Shown: piece by piece, positions 10,685 to 19,152 of the stretch
How positions within the stretch are numbered: position 1 is the stretch's first letter
How the letters are laid out: every line of letters starts with the position of its first letter
Assembly (NCBI GenBank): GCA_037445735.1
Contig: JBBIJY010000022.1
Coordinates: 1-50,811, forward strand
DNA length: 50,811 nt
Direction: 5' to 3'
Source: Armatimonadota bacterium
Lineage (GTDB): Bacteria; Armatimonadota; Fimbriimonadia; Fimbriimonadales; GBS-DC
The notes under the pieces: generated by a model
The model's input: the letters and a program-made list of their open reading frames with translations, nothing else
Told to the model about the DNA's origin: nothing
Database searches by the model: none
Translations under genes and position numbers: made by a program

Positions 10685-11346
10685 CGCTGTGTACCTCCTG
10701 TGAACTGCGAATCTGGCTGTGTGGAAGTGCCGACCTGAATGGCAATCATTTGCTTGCCTTTTTGGACGGTGATTACACCGCGCTCGATGCGGCGCACGCG
10801 CCACCCCTCTTCCAGCAGGTCGCCAATCTGCACGAAGCGGCGATGCCCCTCCGAATCTTTGAGAATGGCAATCGTGCGTGGTCCCTGTACAACGCCGACC
10901 AGTGTCCAGTCGGGTATGGGGGCAGGCTCGTCGGCACGCTTGATCTCCAGCCCACCAGGGGCGGGTAGCCCGATGGGCGGCACAGGCGGCGTGCCCGTGA
11001 TGGTGCGTCTGAGCGGTTGACCCGGACTGCGCGTAGCAGGCGACGCCACGCGACCAGATGGCTCGCTGAGCGAGAAAGCGGGTCGGAACGGGTCGCGCAC
11101 GGGCAACGGCGCCAGCGGCGCGCTCGCCAGCGCCACACGCGAAGTACTGACAGTCGCCGAAACGCCCGTGTTGCTGTTAGAAGTGGACGCGCTCGCAGGG
11201 CGTGACGGGTTCCGACGCCCGCTCATCGACTGCCATTGCCAGACCCCAACGCTGAGCAGTACCAGCACCAGCACCCCAAGCGCGAGTCCCTGCTTCGGAC
11301 TGATCTGGTTCGTCTTCATCTCGGAGGGTTTTTCCATAATTTTCAC
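10681..11346 (-). CDS. PilP/GspC-like pilus accessory protein
   Basis: N-terminal TM, RDPF motif, C-terminal WTLVGVVQGPRTIAIL...FVQIGD...WRVRRIERG beta domain; located between pilO and pilQ; start uncertain (11346/11337/11319). Confidence 0.7.
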   Translation of the reverse strand: MKIMEKPSEMKTNQISPKQGLALGVLVLVLLSVGVWQWQSMSGRRNPSRPASASTSNSNTGVSATVSTSRVALASAPLAPLPVRDPFRPAFSLSEPSGRVASPATRSPGQPLRRTITGTPPVPPIGLPAPGGLEIKRADEPAPIPDWTLVGVVQGPRTIAILKDSEGHRRFVQIGDLLEEGWRVRRIERGVITVQKGKQMIAIQVGTSTQPDSQFTGGTQR

Positions 11347-12104
11347 CTCCCTTCACCCCTCACCCCCAGCCCCTCTCCCACGCTGTGGGAGAGGGGGGCG
11401 TTCCTCACCCCCGCGCTTTCCCCTCCGGGGAGAGGCGGTTGCATGCCCTGACCAGCGGGAAGCGGCAACCGGGTCGACGGGAAGATGAACGCCTTGACCG
11501 TCATGCGAATCTCCAGATCGGGGTTCGTGTCTGACTGGTCGGGCTTGAGTTTCGCCTGCGCATTCAGCGATTGCACCGCCAGAATCTTGGGGAACTCGTC
11601 CAGCTGGCGCAGGAAGCTCATCAGACCCCAGAACTTGCCCTGCAAACTCACTTCGATGAGTTGTTCTTCGTAGGCTTTACGGGCAGGTGAGGCGCTGCTG
11701 CCCTGCTGATTGCCCTGACTGGAGCCGCTCTGCGTGGTCTGACCGCTCTGTTGCTGGTTCTGCTGGGGTCGGACGGCGACGATTTCCAGCTGAAGCTGTC
11801 GGGCAGTTTGCTCGATCTGTTTGAGCATGGTGGGGATATACGCGGCTTGCGAGACGCCCTGCTCTAAGAATCGCAGTTCGCGCAGGGCAGCCTCGTGCTG
11901 TTGCTGGAGCAGGCGCAGTTGCTGGGGCGCCTGACGCGCTTTGTCCAGCTGCCGCTGGCGCTCCGCTACCTGCTGCTGGGCTTGCTGAACCATACTGAAA
12001 GGCAGATAGACGCTGCCCACGCTGAGCACCAGCAGTCCAATCAGCCCGATGCTTAGCAGTTTCGCAAACTGCTCCATGCGTTGCGTGCGTCGGCTAAGAG
12101 CCAC
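11343..12104 (-). CDS. pilO: type IV pilus protein PilO
   Basis: TM plus coiled coil, then IEVSLQGKFWGLMSFLRQLDEFPKILAV; GTG 12104 is best spaced from SD GGAGG (ORF track starts at 12113). Confidence 0.8.
   Translation of the reverse strand: MALSRRTQRMEQFAKLLSIGLIGLLVLSVGSVYLPFSMVQQAQQQVAERQRQLDKARQAPQQLRLLQQQHEAALRELRFLEQGVSQAAYIPTMLKQIEQTARQLQLEIVAVRPQQNQQQSGQTTQSGSSQGNQQGSSASPARKAYEEQLIEVSLQGKFWGLMSFLRQLDEFPKILAVQSLNAQAKLKPDQSDTNPDLEIRMTVKAFIFPSTRLPLPAGQGMQPPLPGGESAGVRNAPLSHSVGEGLGVRGEGR
11357..11435. repeat. palindromic repeat copies inside the pilO 3' end
   Basis: CCCTCACCCCCAGCCCCTCTCCCACGCTGTGGGAGAGGGG (11357-11396) plus a degenerate copy at 11403-11435. Confidence 0.85.
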
Positions 12105-12699
12105 TGCTGCCACCTCCAGAGGATGATTGCGGTGCGGCGGTGCCTTTGACCTGCGCGGTTATCTGGAACTCGAAGGCTTTGCTTTGCTCGCTGAGTTCAC
12201 GCTCCTGCGTGTAGTCCAGGCGCACATTTTCCAGTTCGCTATATTGATTGAGTCGCAGCATGAAGTCGCCCACCGCCTGCTGGCTGGCGGCGAGTCCCTT
12301 GATCATTATCTCCATCGGCTTTTTGGGGTCGGTGTGCTTGCCCAGTTCTACACTGGTGAGGTAGCAGGCGGGTGGCGTCTGCACGCTCAGGTGCTGGAGC
12401 AGCAGGCGCCAGCGTCCTGTCTGGGTGCGGGCGGTCTGCAGGGTGCTGATGAGCGGTTGCAGGGTGTTCAGCTCCATCTGGGTTTGCTGGACGGCGTGCA
12501 GCGCGGGTGTGAGGCGCACGATTTCGGCTTCCATGCGGGCTTTTTGCATCTGCAGGTAGCCTGCATAGAGGATCAACCCGCCCCAGCCCACCGCGACAAG
12601 CGTTAGCAGGGCGAAACCGACCAGCCCCAGCAGGCGCACCCGCCGCTGCAGGCGCTGACGGAGCTGAATCTCTGGCTCAATCAAATTGATAACGGGCAT
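12094..12699 (-). CDS. pilN: type IV pilus protein PilN
   Basis: INLI motif, TM, LLQHLSVQTPPACYLTSV, IKGLAASQQAVGDFMLRL. Confidence 0.85.
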   Translation of the reverse strand: MPVINLIEPEIQLRQRLQRRVRLLGLVGFALLTLVAVGWGGLILYAGYLQMQKARMEAEIVRLTPALHAVQQTQMELNTLQPLISTLQTARTQTGRWRLLLQHLSVQTPPACYLTSVELGKHTDPKKPMEIMIKGLAASQQAVGDFMLRLNQYSELENVRLDYTQERELSEQSKAFEFQITAQVKGTAAPQSSSGGGSSGS

Positions 12700-12714
12700 C
12701 CCTTCACCTCCGGT

Positions 12715-13938
12715 TCATGCGGCTTGCAGTTCGGGTTGGTCTTCGGTGAGGCAGAACGGCATCCGCTGCTCCAGCGGCGCCAGCGCGGTACCGATTGCCA
12801 CCACCCACTGCGCGCCCTGAGCGCATTGCTCGGGCGGCACTGACGGAACCTGCACCAGTGAGCGAGCAGCGGTTGCCTGGCGCGCTGGCGACACTGGCGC
12901 CACCTCGTGCAGGTCAACCACTTCATCGGGCTGCGGCATCAACGCTGCGGATAGGGGTTCATCGAACGGCAGCGGATTGAACACCTGCACGCGGATGCCG
13001 AGCCGATGTTCGAAGTAAGGGGCGATCCCGCGCATGAGCGCGCCGCCTCCCGTCAGGATCAGCTGATCGATACGACCCCCCTGTGCCGGGCTTGCCTGCG
13101 CCTGCGACTGATAATAGTTCAGCGAGCGGCGGATTTCCCGAATCAGCTCGTCCAGAATGGGTTGCACCAGGCGCAGGGGCGGATTCTCGTGGGGCGCGCC
13201 TGTCTGAAGCAGCTCTTCGAGGTTCAGCGCCCGTTTGATCTGGCTGACTTCCTCGTCGGAGTAGTGGAAGTAGCCCTTGAGGGCGGCGGTTAGCGTCTCA
13301 CCTGCGATGGGGATGTAGCGCGTGAGCGCGAGCGTGCCCTGCCGCACCACGCTGATCTGGGTGTGCCCGCCGCCAACATCCGCCAGCGCAAACAGCGGTG
13401 GCATCGACTCCTGCCAGCTCGCATGCACGGCACGCAGGCAGGCGAACGGCTGAATCTCCAGCAGCTCCGCCTCCAGCCCTGCGCTCTCCAGGGTGTTAAC
13501 GACGCTATCCACGGTGGAGCGCGGCGCCGTCACCAGCAGCACTTCCAGATAGTCCTCACTACTGTGCAATATCTCGAAGCCAATCAGATGCTCTTCGGCA
13601 GCGGAGGGCAGGTAGCGCGCCGCTTCATACTGAATGGATTTGCGCAGCACTTCGGGGGTCATCGGTGGCAGGCGCACGGGGCGCGCCGTCACCTGCGGAC
13701 CGCCGACCGAGACCAGCGCGTTCCGCTGGCGAACGCCCACTTGCTGAAGCAGCGTGCGCAACGCTCGCGCCACCATGTCCGGCTCCAGAATCAGCCCCTC
13801 CCGTACGCTGTTGGGCGGCAGGGGCGCGTCGATCAAACGCTCCACAACCAACCCGTCGGGGTTCAGACGCCCGATGCAGGCACGCACAGCGGTCGTGCCG
13901 ATGTCAATCGCCAGAATCGGCTCGTTCCTACGCGGCAT
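12715..13938 (-). CDS. pilM: type IV pilus protein PilM
   Basis: Actin-like ILAIDIGTTAVR, ADVGGGHTQI, EIRRSLNYY, LILTGGGA; ATG 13938 follows SD AAGGAGGAG. Confidence 0.92.
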   Translation of the reverse strand: MPRRNEPILAIDIGTTAVRACIGRLNPDGLVVERLIDAPLPPNSVREGLILEPDMVARALRTLLQQVGVRQRNALVSVGGPQVTARPVRLPPMTPEVLRKSIQYEAARYLPSAAEEHLIGFEILHSSEDYLEVLLVTAPRSTVDSVVNTLESAGLEAELLEIQPFACLRAVHASWQESMPPLFALADVGGGHTQISVVRQGTLALTRYIPIAGETLTAALKGYFHYSDEEVSQIKRALNLEELLQTGAPHENPPLRLVQPILDELIREIRRSLNYYQSQAQASPAQGGRIDQLILTGGGALMRGIAPYFEHRLGIRVQVFNPLPFDEPLSAALMPQPDEVVDLHEVAPVSPARQATAARSLVQVPSVPPEQCAQGAQWVVAIGTALAPLEQRMPFCLTEDQPELQAA

Positions 13939-14356
13939 GGCTCTCCTCCTTCTCCTCAGGATGGGTTCCAAAATCGCTCGCTTTTTGCAGCAGCATCCAC
14001 TCGTCGAGCGCATTTTTGAGGAACCGCCAGCGCCCATCCACTCTGAACGCGGGGATGGCTCCCTGCTCGGCGAGCGCTTCCAGCTCAGCCGTACGCAGGC
14101 GCAGGTAGTGCGCCGCCTCGCGCAAGGTCATCACCGGGTGCAACGCGCGAGCCAGCCAGCTGAGCAAATCATATAACTGCTGATTGGTGAGCTGCACTTC
14201 GAAGCGCACGGTCTGCATCGCCTCTGGCTCATGATGGGGGGTGTCGGGTGCATTTGTGGGCGGGCTGGCTGGCGCACGAGGCGCGGGCGTCGCGCTCTCA
14301 CCCTGCACACCCTGTGACTGTTGCGCCGCTTTGCGAATAGCGTCCACCAGGTTCAT
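13928..14356 (-). CDS. excisionase/BldC-like (HTH_17) DNA-binding protein with N-terminal extension
   Basis: VMTLREAAHYLRL...GAIPAFRVDGRWRFLKNALDEW; SD AAGGAG; tightly coupled to both neighbours. Confidence 0.85.
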   Translation of the reverse strand: MNLVDAIRKAAQQSQGVQGESATPAPRAPASPPTNAPDTPHHEPEAMQTVRFEVQLTNQQLYDLLSWLARALHPVMTLREAAHYLRLRTAELEALAEQGAIPAFRVDGRWRFLKNALDEWMLLQKASDFGTHPEEKEESHAA

Positions 14357-14357
14357 C

Positions 14358-15173
14358 TCACCACTCCTTGCCCTCGAAGTCCATAATCACGCTGTGCATT
14401 AAAAACCCGTCGATCTGGCTGGCGCGCTCCGCCATCCCGATCATCAGCGCGTTATCGGCGAGCTGGCAGATCAGGCGCGGGTAGCCACCCGTGTGCTGAT
14501 ACAGCTCGTACAGCGCGTCAGGAGTGAACGGGATTCGCTCGCCCGCGTAGCCCGCCGTGCGCAACCGAAACTCGATCATGGCGGCGGTCTCCTGTTGATC
14601 CAGCGGCTTCAGCTGATGGCGTATCGCCAGACGCTGCTTGAGCGCCGGCACCCGCTCAATCTTCTTGCGCAACTCCAGCTGACCCAGCAGCAGCAAACTG
14701 ATGAGGAACTGGTCGTTCATCTGGCAGTTGAGCAACAGGCGCAACTCCTCAAAAGTCTGGGGCGAGCGGATCAGGTGCGCCTCGTCCACAATCAGCACCA
14801 CGCGCTGACCATGCTCATACAGCTGCAACAGGTAATCGAACAGCTGCTGAACCAGCACCTGCCGATTGCGGCTGAGGGCGGGCACGCCCAGCTGGTGCAG
14901 CACCTCCTGCAGCAGCTGGATCGGTGTCAGCACGGGGTTCACAATCAGCACGATTTTGTACTCGACGGGGTCGAGCAGCTCCAGCAGTTTACGGCTGAGC
15001 GTCGTCTTGCCCAGCCCGATATCGCCGACCAGCATCCCTGCGCCCCGATTGCGGGTGATGGTGTAATGCAGCATCACCAGCGCGTCCTCATGTTCCTTGC
15101 TCATATAGAGGAAGCGCGGGTCAGGGGTCAGGGTGAACGGCGGTTCCGTTAAGCCCCAGTACGCCTCATACAT
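14358..15173 (-). CDS. ExeA/GspA-family AAA ATPase (soluble, no TM or peptidoglycan-binding domain)
   Basis: MYEAYWGLTEPPFTLTPDPRFLY, GDIGLGKTT, LIVDEAHL, GGYPRLICQLADNAL. Confidence 0.92.
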   Translation of the reverse strand: MYEAYWGLTEPPFTLTPDPRFLYMSKEHEDALVMLHYTITRNRGAGMLVGDIGLGKTTLSRKLLELLDPVEYKIVLIVNPVLTPIQLLQEVLHQLGVPALSRNRQVLVQQLFDYLLQLYEHGQRVVLIVDEAHLIRSPQTFEELRLLLNCQMNDQFLISLLLLGQLELRKKIERVPALKQRLAIRHQLKPLDQQETAAMIEFRLRTAGYAGERIPFTPDALYELYQHTGGYPRLICQLADNALMIGMAERASQIDGFLMHSVIMDFEGKEW

Positions 15174-15233
15174 GCGCGTATGCCTCCCTGTGACGGCAAC
15201 CTGTTGGCACTCTTTCCATCACGCTGGCTTCAA

Positions 15234-15260
15234 TTATCGGCAAAAACGCGGGGATTTTCA
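15234..15260 (-). promoter_or_regulatory. sigma28 (FliA/WhiG)-type promoter of the exeA-pil operon
   Basis: Minus strand reads TGAA-N15-GCCGATAA, against the consensus TAAA-N15-GCCGATAA. Confidence 0.6.
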
Positions 15261-15282
15261 GAGAGCGGGTATACTTCGGGTG

Positions 15283-17139
15283 ATGGCAGGCAAAGCGAGG
15301 GCGATTGCGCATACACAGGTGGAGATACGCGACCAGTTCTGGGAGCCGCGCCTGCAGACCAATCGGCGCATCACGCTGCCCCACCTGTTCGAGCAGCTGG
15401 AGCAGGCGGGCAACATCCCCAACATGCGCCTCGCCGCCGACGGCAAACGCGAGGGCTACCAGGGACCCGTCTACATGGACTCCGACCTCTATAAGGCGAT
15501 GGAAGCCGCCGCCTGTGTGCTGGCGCACCATCCCGACGACCCCATCCGCGACAAGCTCGACGAGGTGATTGGCATTCTGGAGCGGGCACAGACGCCCGAA
15601 GGCTACCTCAACAGCTACTTTCAGGTGGTCGCGCCCGATCAACGCTGGAGCAATCTGCGCGACTGGCACGAACTCTACTGCGCGGGACACCTGTTGGAAG
15701 CCGCCGTCGCCCATTATCAGGCGACGGGCAGCGACCGCCTGCTCAAAATCGCCACCCGCTACGCCGACTACATCGACTCGGTGTTCGGCGACGCGCCCGG
15801 CAAGCGCATGGGCTACTGCGGGCATCCCGAAATCGAACTCGCGCTCATCCGCCTCTATCGCGCCACCGGGGAACGGCGCTACCTGCAACTCGCGCGCTTC
15901 TTCCTGATCCATCGCGGGAGCAAATTCTTCGCGAAAGAGCATAACATCCCGCTCGATCAGTATGATGGCTCCATCTGGCAGGACAATGTGCCGCTTGCCG
16001 AGCAGAAAGAGATTGTCGGGCACGCGGTGCGAGCTGCCTATCTCTTCGCGGGCACGACCGATCTGGTCGCCGAGACGGGCGACGAGACGCTGCTGCGCAT
16101 GCTGCTGCGCGTGTGGGACAACATGATCAGTCGGCGCACCTACATCACGGGCGGGATCGGCAACGAAGCCCGCCATGAAGGCTTCACGCGCGATTATGAG
16201 CTGCCGAACCGCACCGCCTATCAGGAGACCTGCGCGTCGATCGCGCTCATCTTCTGGGCGCATCGGATGGGGCTTCTGCTGGGCGAGGCACGCTTCTTCG
16301 ACGCGCTGGAGCGCGCGCTCTATAACGCGGCGCTGGCGGGCATCTCGCTGAGCGGCAACCGCTTTTTCTATGTGAACCCGCTGGAGAGCGACGGCAGCCA
16401 TCATCGGCGGGCGTGGTACAGCTGCGCCTGCTGCCCGCCCAATATCGCCCGCCTGCTGGCGTCGCTGGGCGGCTACCTCTACGCGCAGAGCGAGAGCGAC
16501 CTGTGGGTCAACCTCTATGTGGAGAGCCGCATGCAGACGGAACTCATGGGGCACAGGGTGCGGCTGGAGGTGCTGACCGAATACCCGTGGCGGGGCGTGG
16601 TTCATCTGGCGCTGCGTCCGGAAGCCCCGACGCGCTTCGGGCTGCATCTGCGCCTGCCCGACTGGTGCGACCAGCCCAGCCTGAAGGTGAACGGCGTCGC
16701 CACACCCATCACGCGCGAGAACGGCTACGCGGTCATTCGGCGCGAGTGGCGCGAGGGCGACCGCGTGGAGCTGCACCTGCCGATGGAGCCGCGCCTGATG
16801 GAAGCCCACCCGCTGGTGGAAGCCGACCGCTGGCAGGTCGCCATCCAGCGCGGTCCCCTCGTCTACTGCCTCGAAGAGCGGGACCAGTCGGTTCCGCTGC
16901 ATCGGCTGGCTGTGCGCACCGATAACGCTTTAGAGGCACGCTGGGAGGCGAGCCTGCTGGGCGGCATGATGGTGATTGAAGGCGCGGCGCTCGCCCTGCC
17001 ACCCGAATCGGACTGGGGCGACGCGCTCTACCGCCCGCTCAAACCGCGCGAGCCGACCCGCTTCCGCGCCATCCCCTACTACGCCTGGGACAACCGCGAG
17101 CCGTGCCCCATGCGCGTCTGGATGCCCGCCGTCGGGTAG
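15283..17139 (+). CDS. glycoside hydrolase family 127 (beta-L-arabinofuranosidase-like)
   Basis: DSDLYKAMEA, HELYCAGHL, GHPEIELAL, GHAVRA, YQETCASI, CACCPPN; ATG 7 nt after TATACT (15270-15275). Confidence 0.92.
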   Translation: MAGKARAIAHTQVEIRDQFWEPRLQTNRRITLPHLFEQLEQAGNIPNMRLAADGKREGYQGPVYMDSDLYKAMEAAACVLAHHPDDPIRDKLDEVIGILERAQTPEGYLNSYFQVVAPDQRWSNLRDWHELYCAGHLLEAAVAHYQATGSDRLLKIATRYADYIDSVFGDAPGKRMGYCGHPEIELALIRLYRATGERRYLQLARFFLIHRGSKFFAKEHNIPLDQYDGSIWQDNVPLAEQKEIVGHAVRAAYLFAGTTDLVAETGDETLLRMLLRVWDNMISRRTYITGGIGNEARHEGFTRDYELPNRTAYQETCASIALIFWAHRMGLLLGEARFFDALERALYNAALAGISLSGNRFFYVNPLESDGSHHRRAWYSCACCPPNIARLLASLGGYLYAQSESDLWVNLYVESRMQTELMGHRVRLEVLTEYPWRGVVHLALRPEAPTRFGLHLRLPDWCDQPSLKVNGVATPITRENGYAVIRREWREGDRVELHLPMEPRLMEAHPLVEADRWQVAIQRGPLVYCLEERDQSVPLHRLAVRTDNALEARWEASLLGGMMVIEGAALALPPESDWGDALYRPLKPREPTRFRAIPYYAWDNREPCPMRVWMPAVG

Positions 17140-17160
17140 ACTCCGCAGGGTGAGCCGGAA

Positions 17161-17931
17161 GTGAGACGGGTAATGGGGGCTTTATCGCGCGGATGGCGAG
17201 GCGCAGTGAGGACGACGCGGGCAGTTAGCCTGCTCGTGAGTGTCGCGCTCGTTGCGCCCATCAATCCCCAGCCTGCGCCCGACCTCACACAGCGCCCCGA
17301 AGTGGTCATCATGCTCTATGTTCAGCCTGACGGCTCCCACCTGATGACCTGGACCTTTGATCGGCGCGTTCCGCACGAGCAGGTGCGGGCGCGCGTGGCG
17401 CACTATCAGCAGTGGAGCCAGCAACCCGCGTCCCGGCTGGAGATTCAGGACGATAGCCTCAAGCGCAACCCGCGCCCCGACGATCTGCTCACCACGGTCA
17501 GCTTCTACACCGCCGGGCTGGTGAATCTCAGGGAGGGCACCGTCGCGCTCACACCGCTGGCGCGCGCCTTCGCCGACCTCACCACCATCCATGTCTATAC
17601 CGTGTTGCCCCAGCAAGCCCGCTATCAGGGCTATCCGTTTTATGCTTCACCCCATCTGCAGATGTGGGCGCGCACTGAGCCGCGCCTGTGGCGATTCGTG
17701 CTGCAGATAGCCACCCATGACCCGAATGTGCTGGAGATACCGCTCAAGCGTCCGCCGCCGAAGCCCGCTCCCCCACCCGCACCCCGACCCAATCCCTGGC
17801 TCGGCTGGGGGCTGCTCGGTGTGGTGCTGATCGCGCTGCTGGTGGGGATAGGAATCTACCTCTCGGTGGCGTATCTGCTCAGGCGACAAACGCACGGTCA
17901 GACCGTCCAAACAGAAATCTACAGAGATTGA
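17161..17931 (+). CDS. hypothetical exported protein with C-terminal membrane anchor
   Basis: Hydrophobic N-terminal segment, Pro-rich linker (PPPKPAPPPAPRP), C-terminal TM followed by RR; start uncertain (17161/17173). Confidence 0.65.
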   Translation: MRRVMGALSRGWRGAVRTTRAVSLLVSVALVAPINPQPAPDLTQRPEVVIMLYVQPDGSHLMTWTFDRRVPHEQVRARVAHYQQWSQQPASRLEIQDDSLKRNPRPDDLLTTVSFYTAGLVNLREGTVALTPLARAFADLTTIHVYTVLPQQARYQGYPFYASPHLQMWARTEPRLWRFVLQIATHDPNVLEIPLKRPPPKPAPPPAPRPNPWLGWGLLGVVLIALLVGIGIYLSVAYLLRRQTHGQTVQTEIYRD

Positions 17932-17946
17932 GGAGGTTAGAGAGCG

Positions 17947-19032
17947 ATGAACTACAACCTGGAGACGCTTTTGCGTGAGGCGTTCGCCCTTCGCGCCTCG
18001 GATGTGTTTATCAAGGCGGGCACACCCCCTATGATGCGCCTGCACGGCAAAATCGCGCCGTTTGAGAACTATCGCGAGCCGCTCACACCCGCGCAAAGCC
18101 GCGACCTCTGCTTCAGCATCATGACGCATGAACAGATTGCCCGCTTTGAGCATCGGCTCGCGATTGACCTCGCCTTCACAGTGGGCGATGTGTGCCGCGT
18201 GCGTGCCAATGTCTATCAGCAGCGCCAGACCGTCGCCGGCGTGTTCCGCCTGATCCCTCTCCAGCACTGGCGGCTGGAAGAACTCTGGCCGGAAGAGCCA
18301 GAGATCGCACAGGTGCTCGCCAGCCTCACCCGCTACCGACAGGGGCTGATCCTGGTCACAGGTCCCACTGGCTCCGGCAAATCGACCACGCTCGCCGCGA
18401 TGATCGACCTCATCAACGAGGAGCGACGCGGGCACATCGTGACCATCGAAGACCCCATCGAGTTCGTGCATCGGGACAAGCAGTGCATCGTCAGCCAGCG
18501 CGAGGTGGGCATCGACACCGAATCGTTCATCGACGCGATGCGCGTGGTGGTGCGCGAAAGCCCCGACATCATTCTCATCGGCGAGATGCGCGATGTGGAA
18601 ACGATGCAAGCCTGTATGCAGGCGGCGGAAACGGGACACCTTGTCTTCTCCACCGTCCACACGCCCAGCGCGTATGAGACGATGGACCGTATCGTGAACA
18701 TGTTCCCGCCACAGGACAAGAAGCACATCCTTCAGCGGCTGGCGAACAGCATTCGCGGCATCATCGCGCAGAAGCTGGTGCCCCGCGCCGATGGCAAGGG
18801 ACGCATCGCCGCTGTGGAGATTATGATTAACACGCCCACCGTCGAAAAGATGATCGAGGACGGACATATCAGCGACATCTATAAAGCGATTGCCGAAGGC
18901 GGGCACTGGGGCATGCGCACGATGAACCAGTGCCTGTTCGGCTATGTGCAAAAAGGGCTGATCACTCCCGAAGAGGCGCTCAACTACGCGGGCATCCACT
19001 CCGAACTGCGCCAGATGCTCCGCCGAATGTGA
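17947..19032 (+). CDS. pilT: type IV pilus retraction ATPase (PilT/PilU family)
   Basis: ASDVFIKAGTPPMMR, GPTGSGKST, TIEDPIEF, SQREVG, ETGHLVFSTVHT; SD GAGGAGG. Confidence 0.9.
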   Translation: MNYNLETLLREAFALRASDVFIKAGTPPMMRLHGKIAPFENYREPLTPAQSRDLCFSIMTHEQIARFEHRLAIDLAFTVGDVCRVRANVYQQRQTVAGVFRLIPLQHWRLEELWPEEPEIAQVLASLTRYRQGLILVTGPTGSGKSTTLAAMIDLINEERRGHIVTIEDPIEFVHRDKQCIVSQREVGIDTESFIDAMRVVVRESPDIILIGEMRDVETMQACMQAAETGHLVFSTVHTPSAYETMDRIVNMFPPQDKKHILQRLANSIRGIIAQKLVPRADGKGRIAAVEIMINTPTVEKMIEDGHISDIYKAIAEGGHWGMRTMNQCLFGYVQKGLITPEEALNYAGIHSELRQMLRRM

Positions 19033-19052
19033 ATAAGCCTGCAGAAAGTCCG

Positions 19053-19092
19053 CCGATGTACCCTCTTCCCTGAGAGGGAGAGGGTACATCGG
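19053..19092. terminator. long hairpin between convergent genes (repeat-family related)
   Basis: 13-bp stem CCGATGTACCCTC/GAGGGTACATCGG plus inner TCCCT/AGGGA. Confidence 0.65.
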
Positions 19093-19152
19093 TCGCTCTG
19101 TTTCTGCCCGTATCGAGTCATCCTGGGCAGGATGCCCAGGCTACGACCGCCT

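Noticed and set aside
13928-14356. HTH_17 protein as a prophage excisionase
   Set aside because: No integrase or phage genes nearby; it is translationally coupled inside the pil operon
15166-16902. 578-aa minus-strand ORF
   Set aside because: Antisense shadow of the GH127 gene
17647-19089. 480-aa minus-strand ORF
   Set aside because: Antisense shadow of pilT
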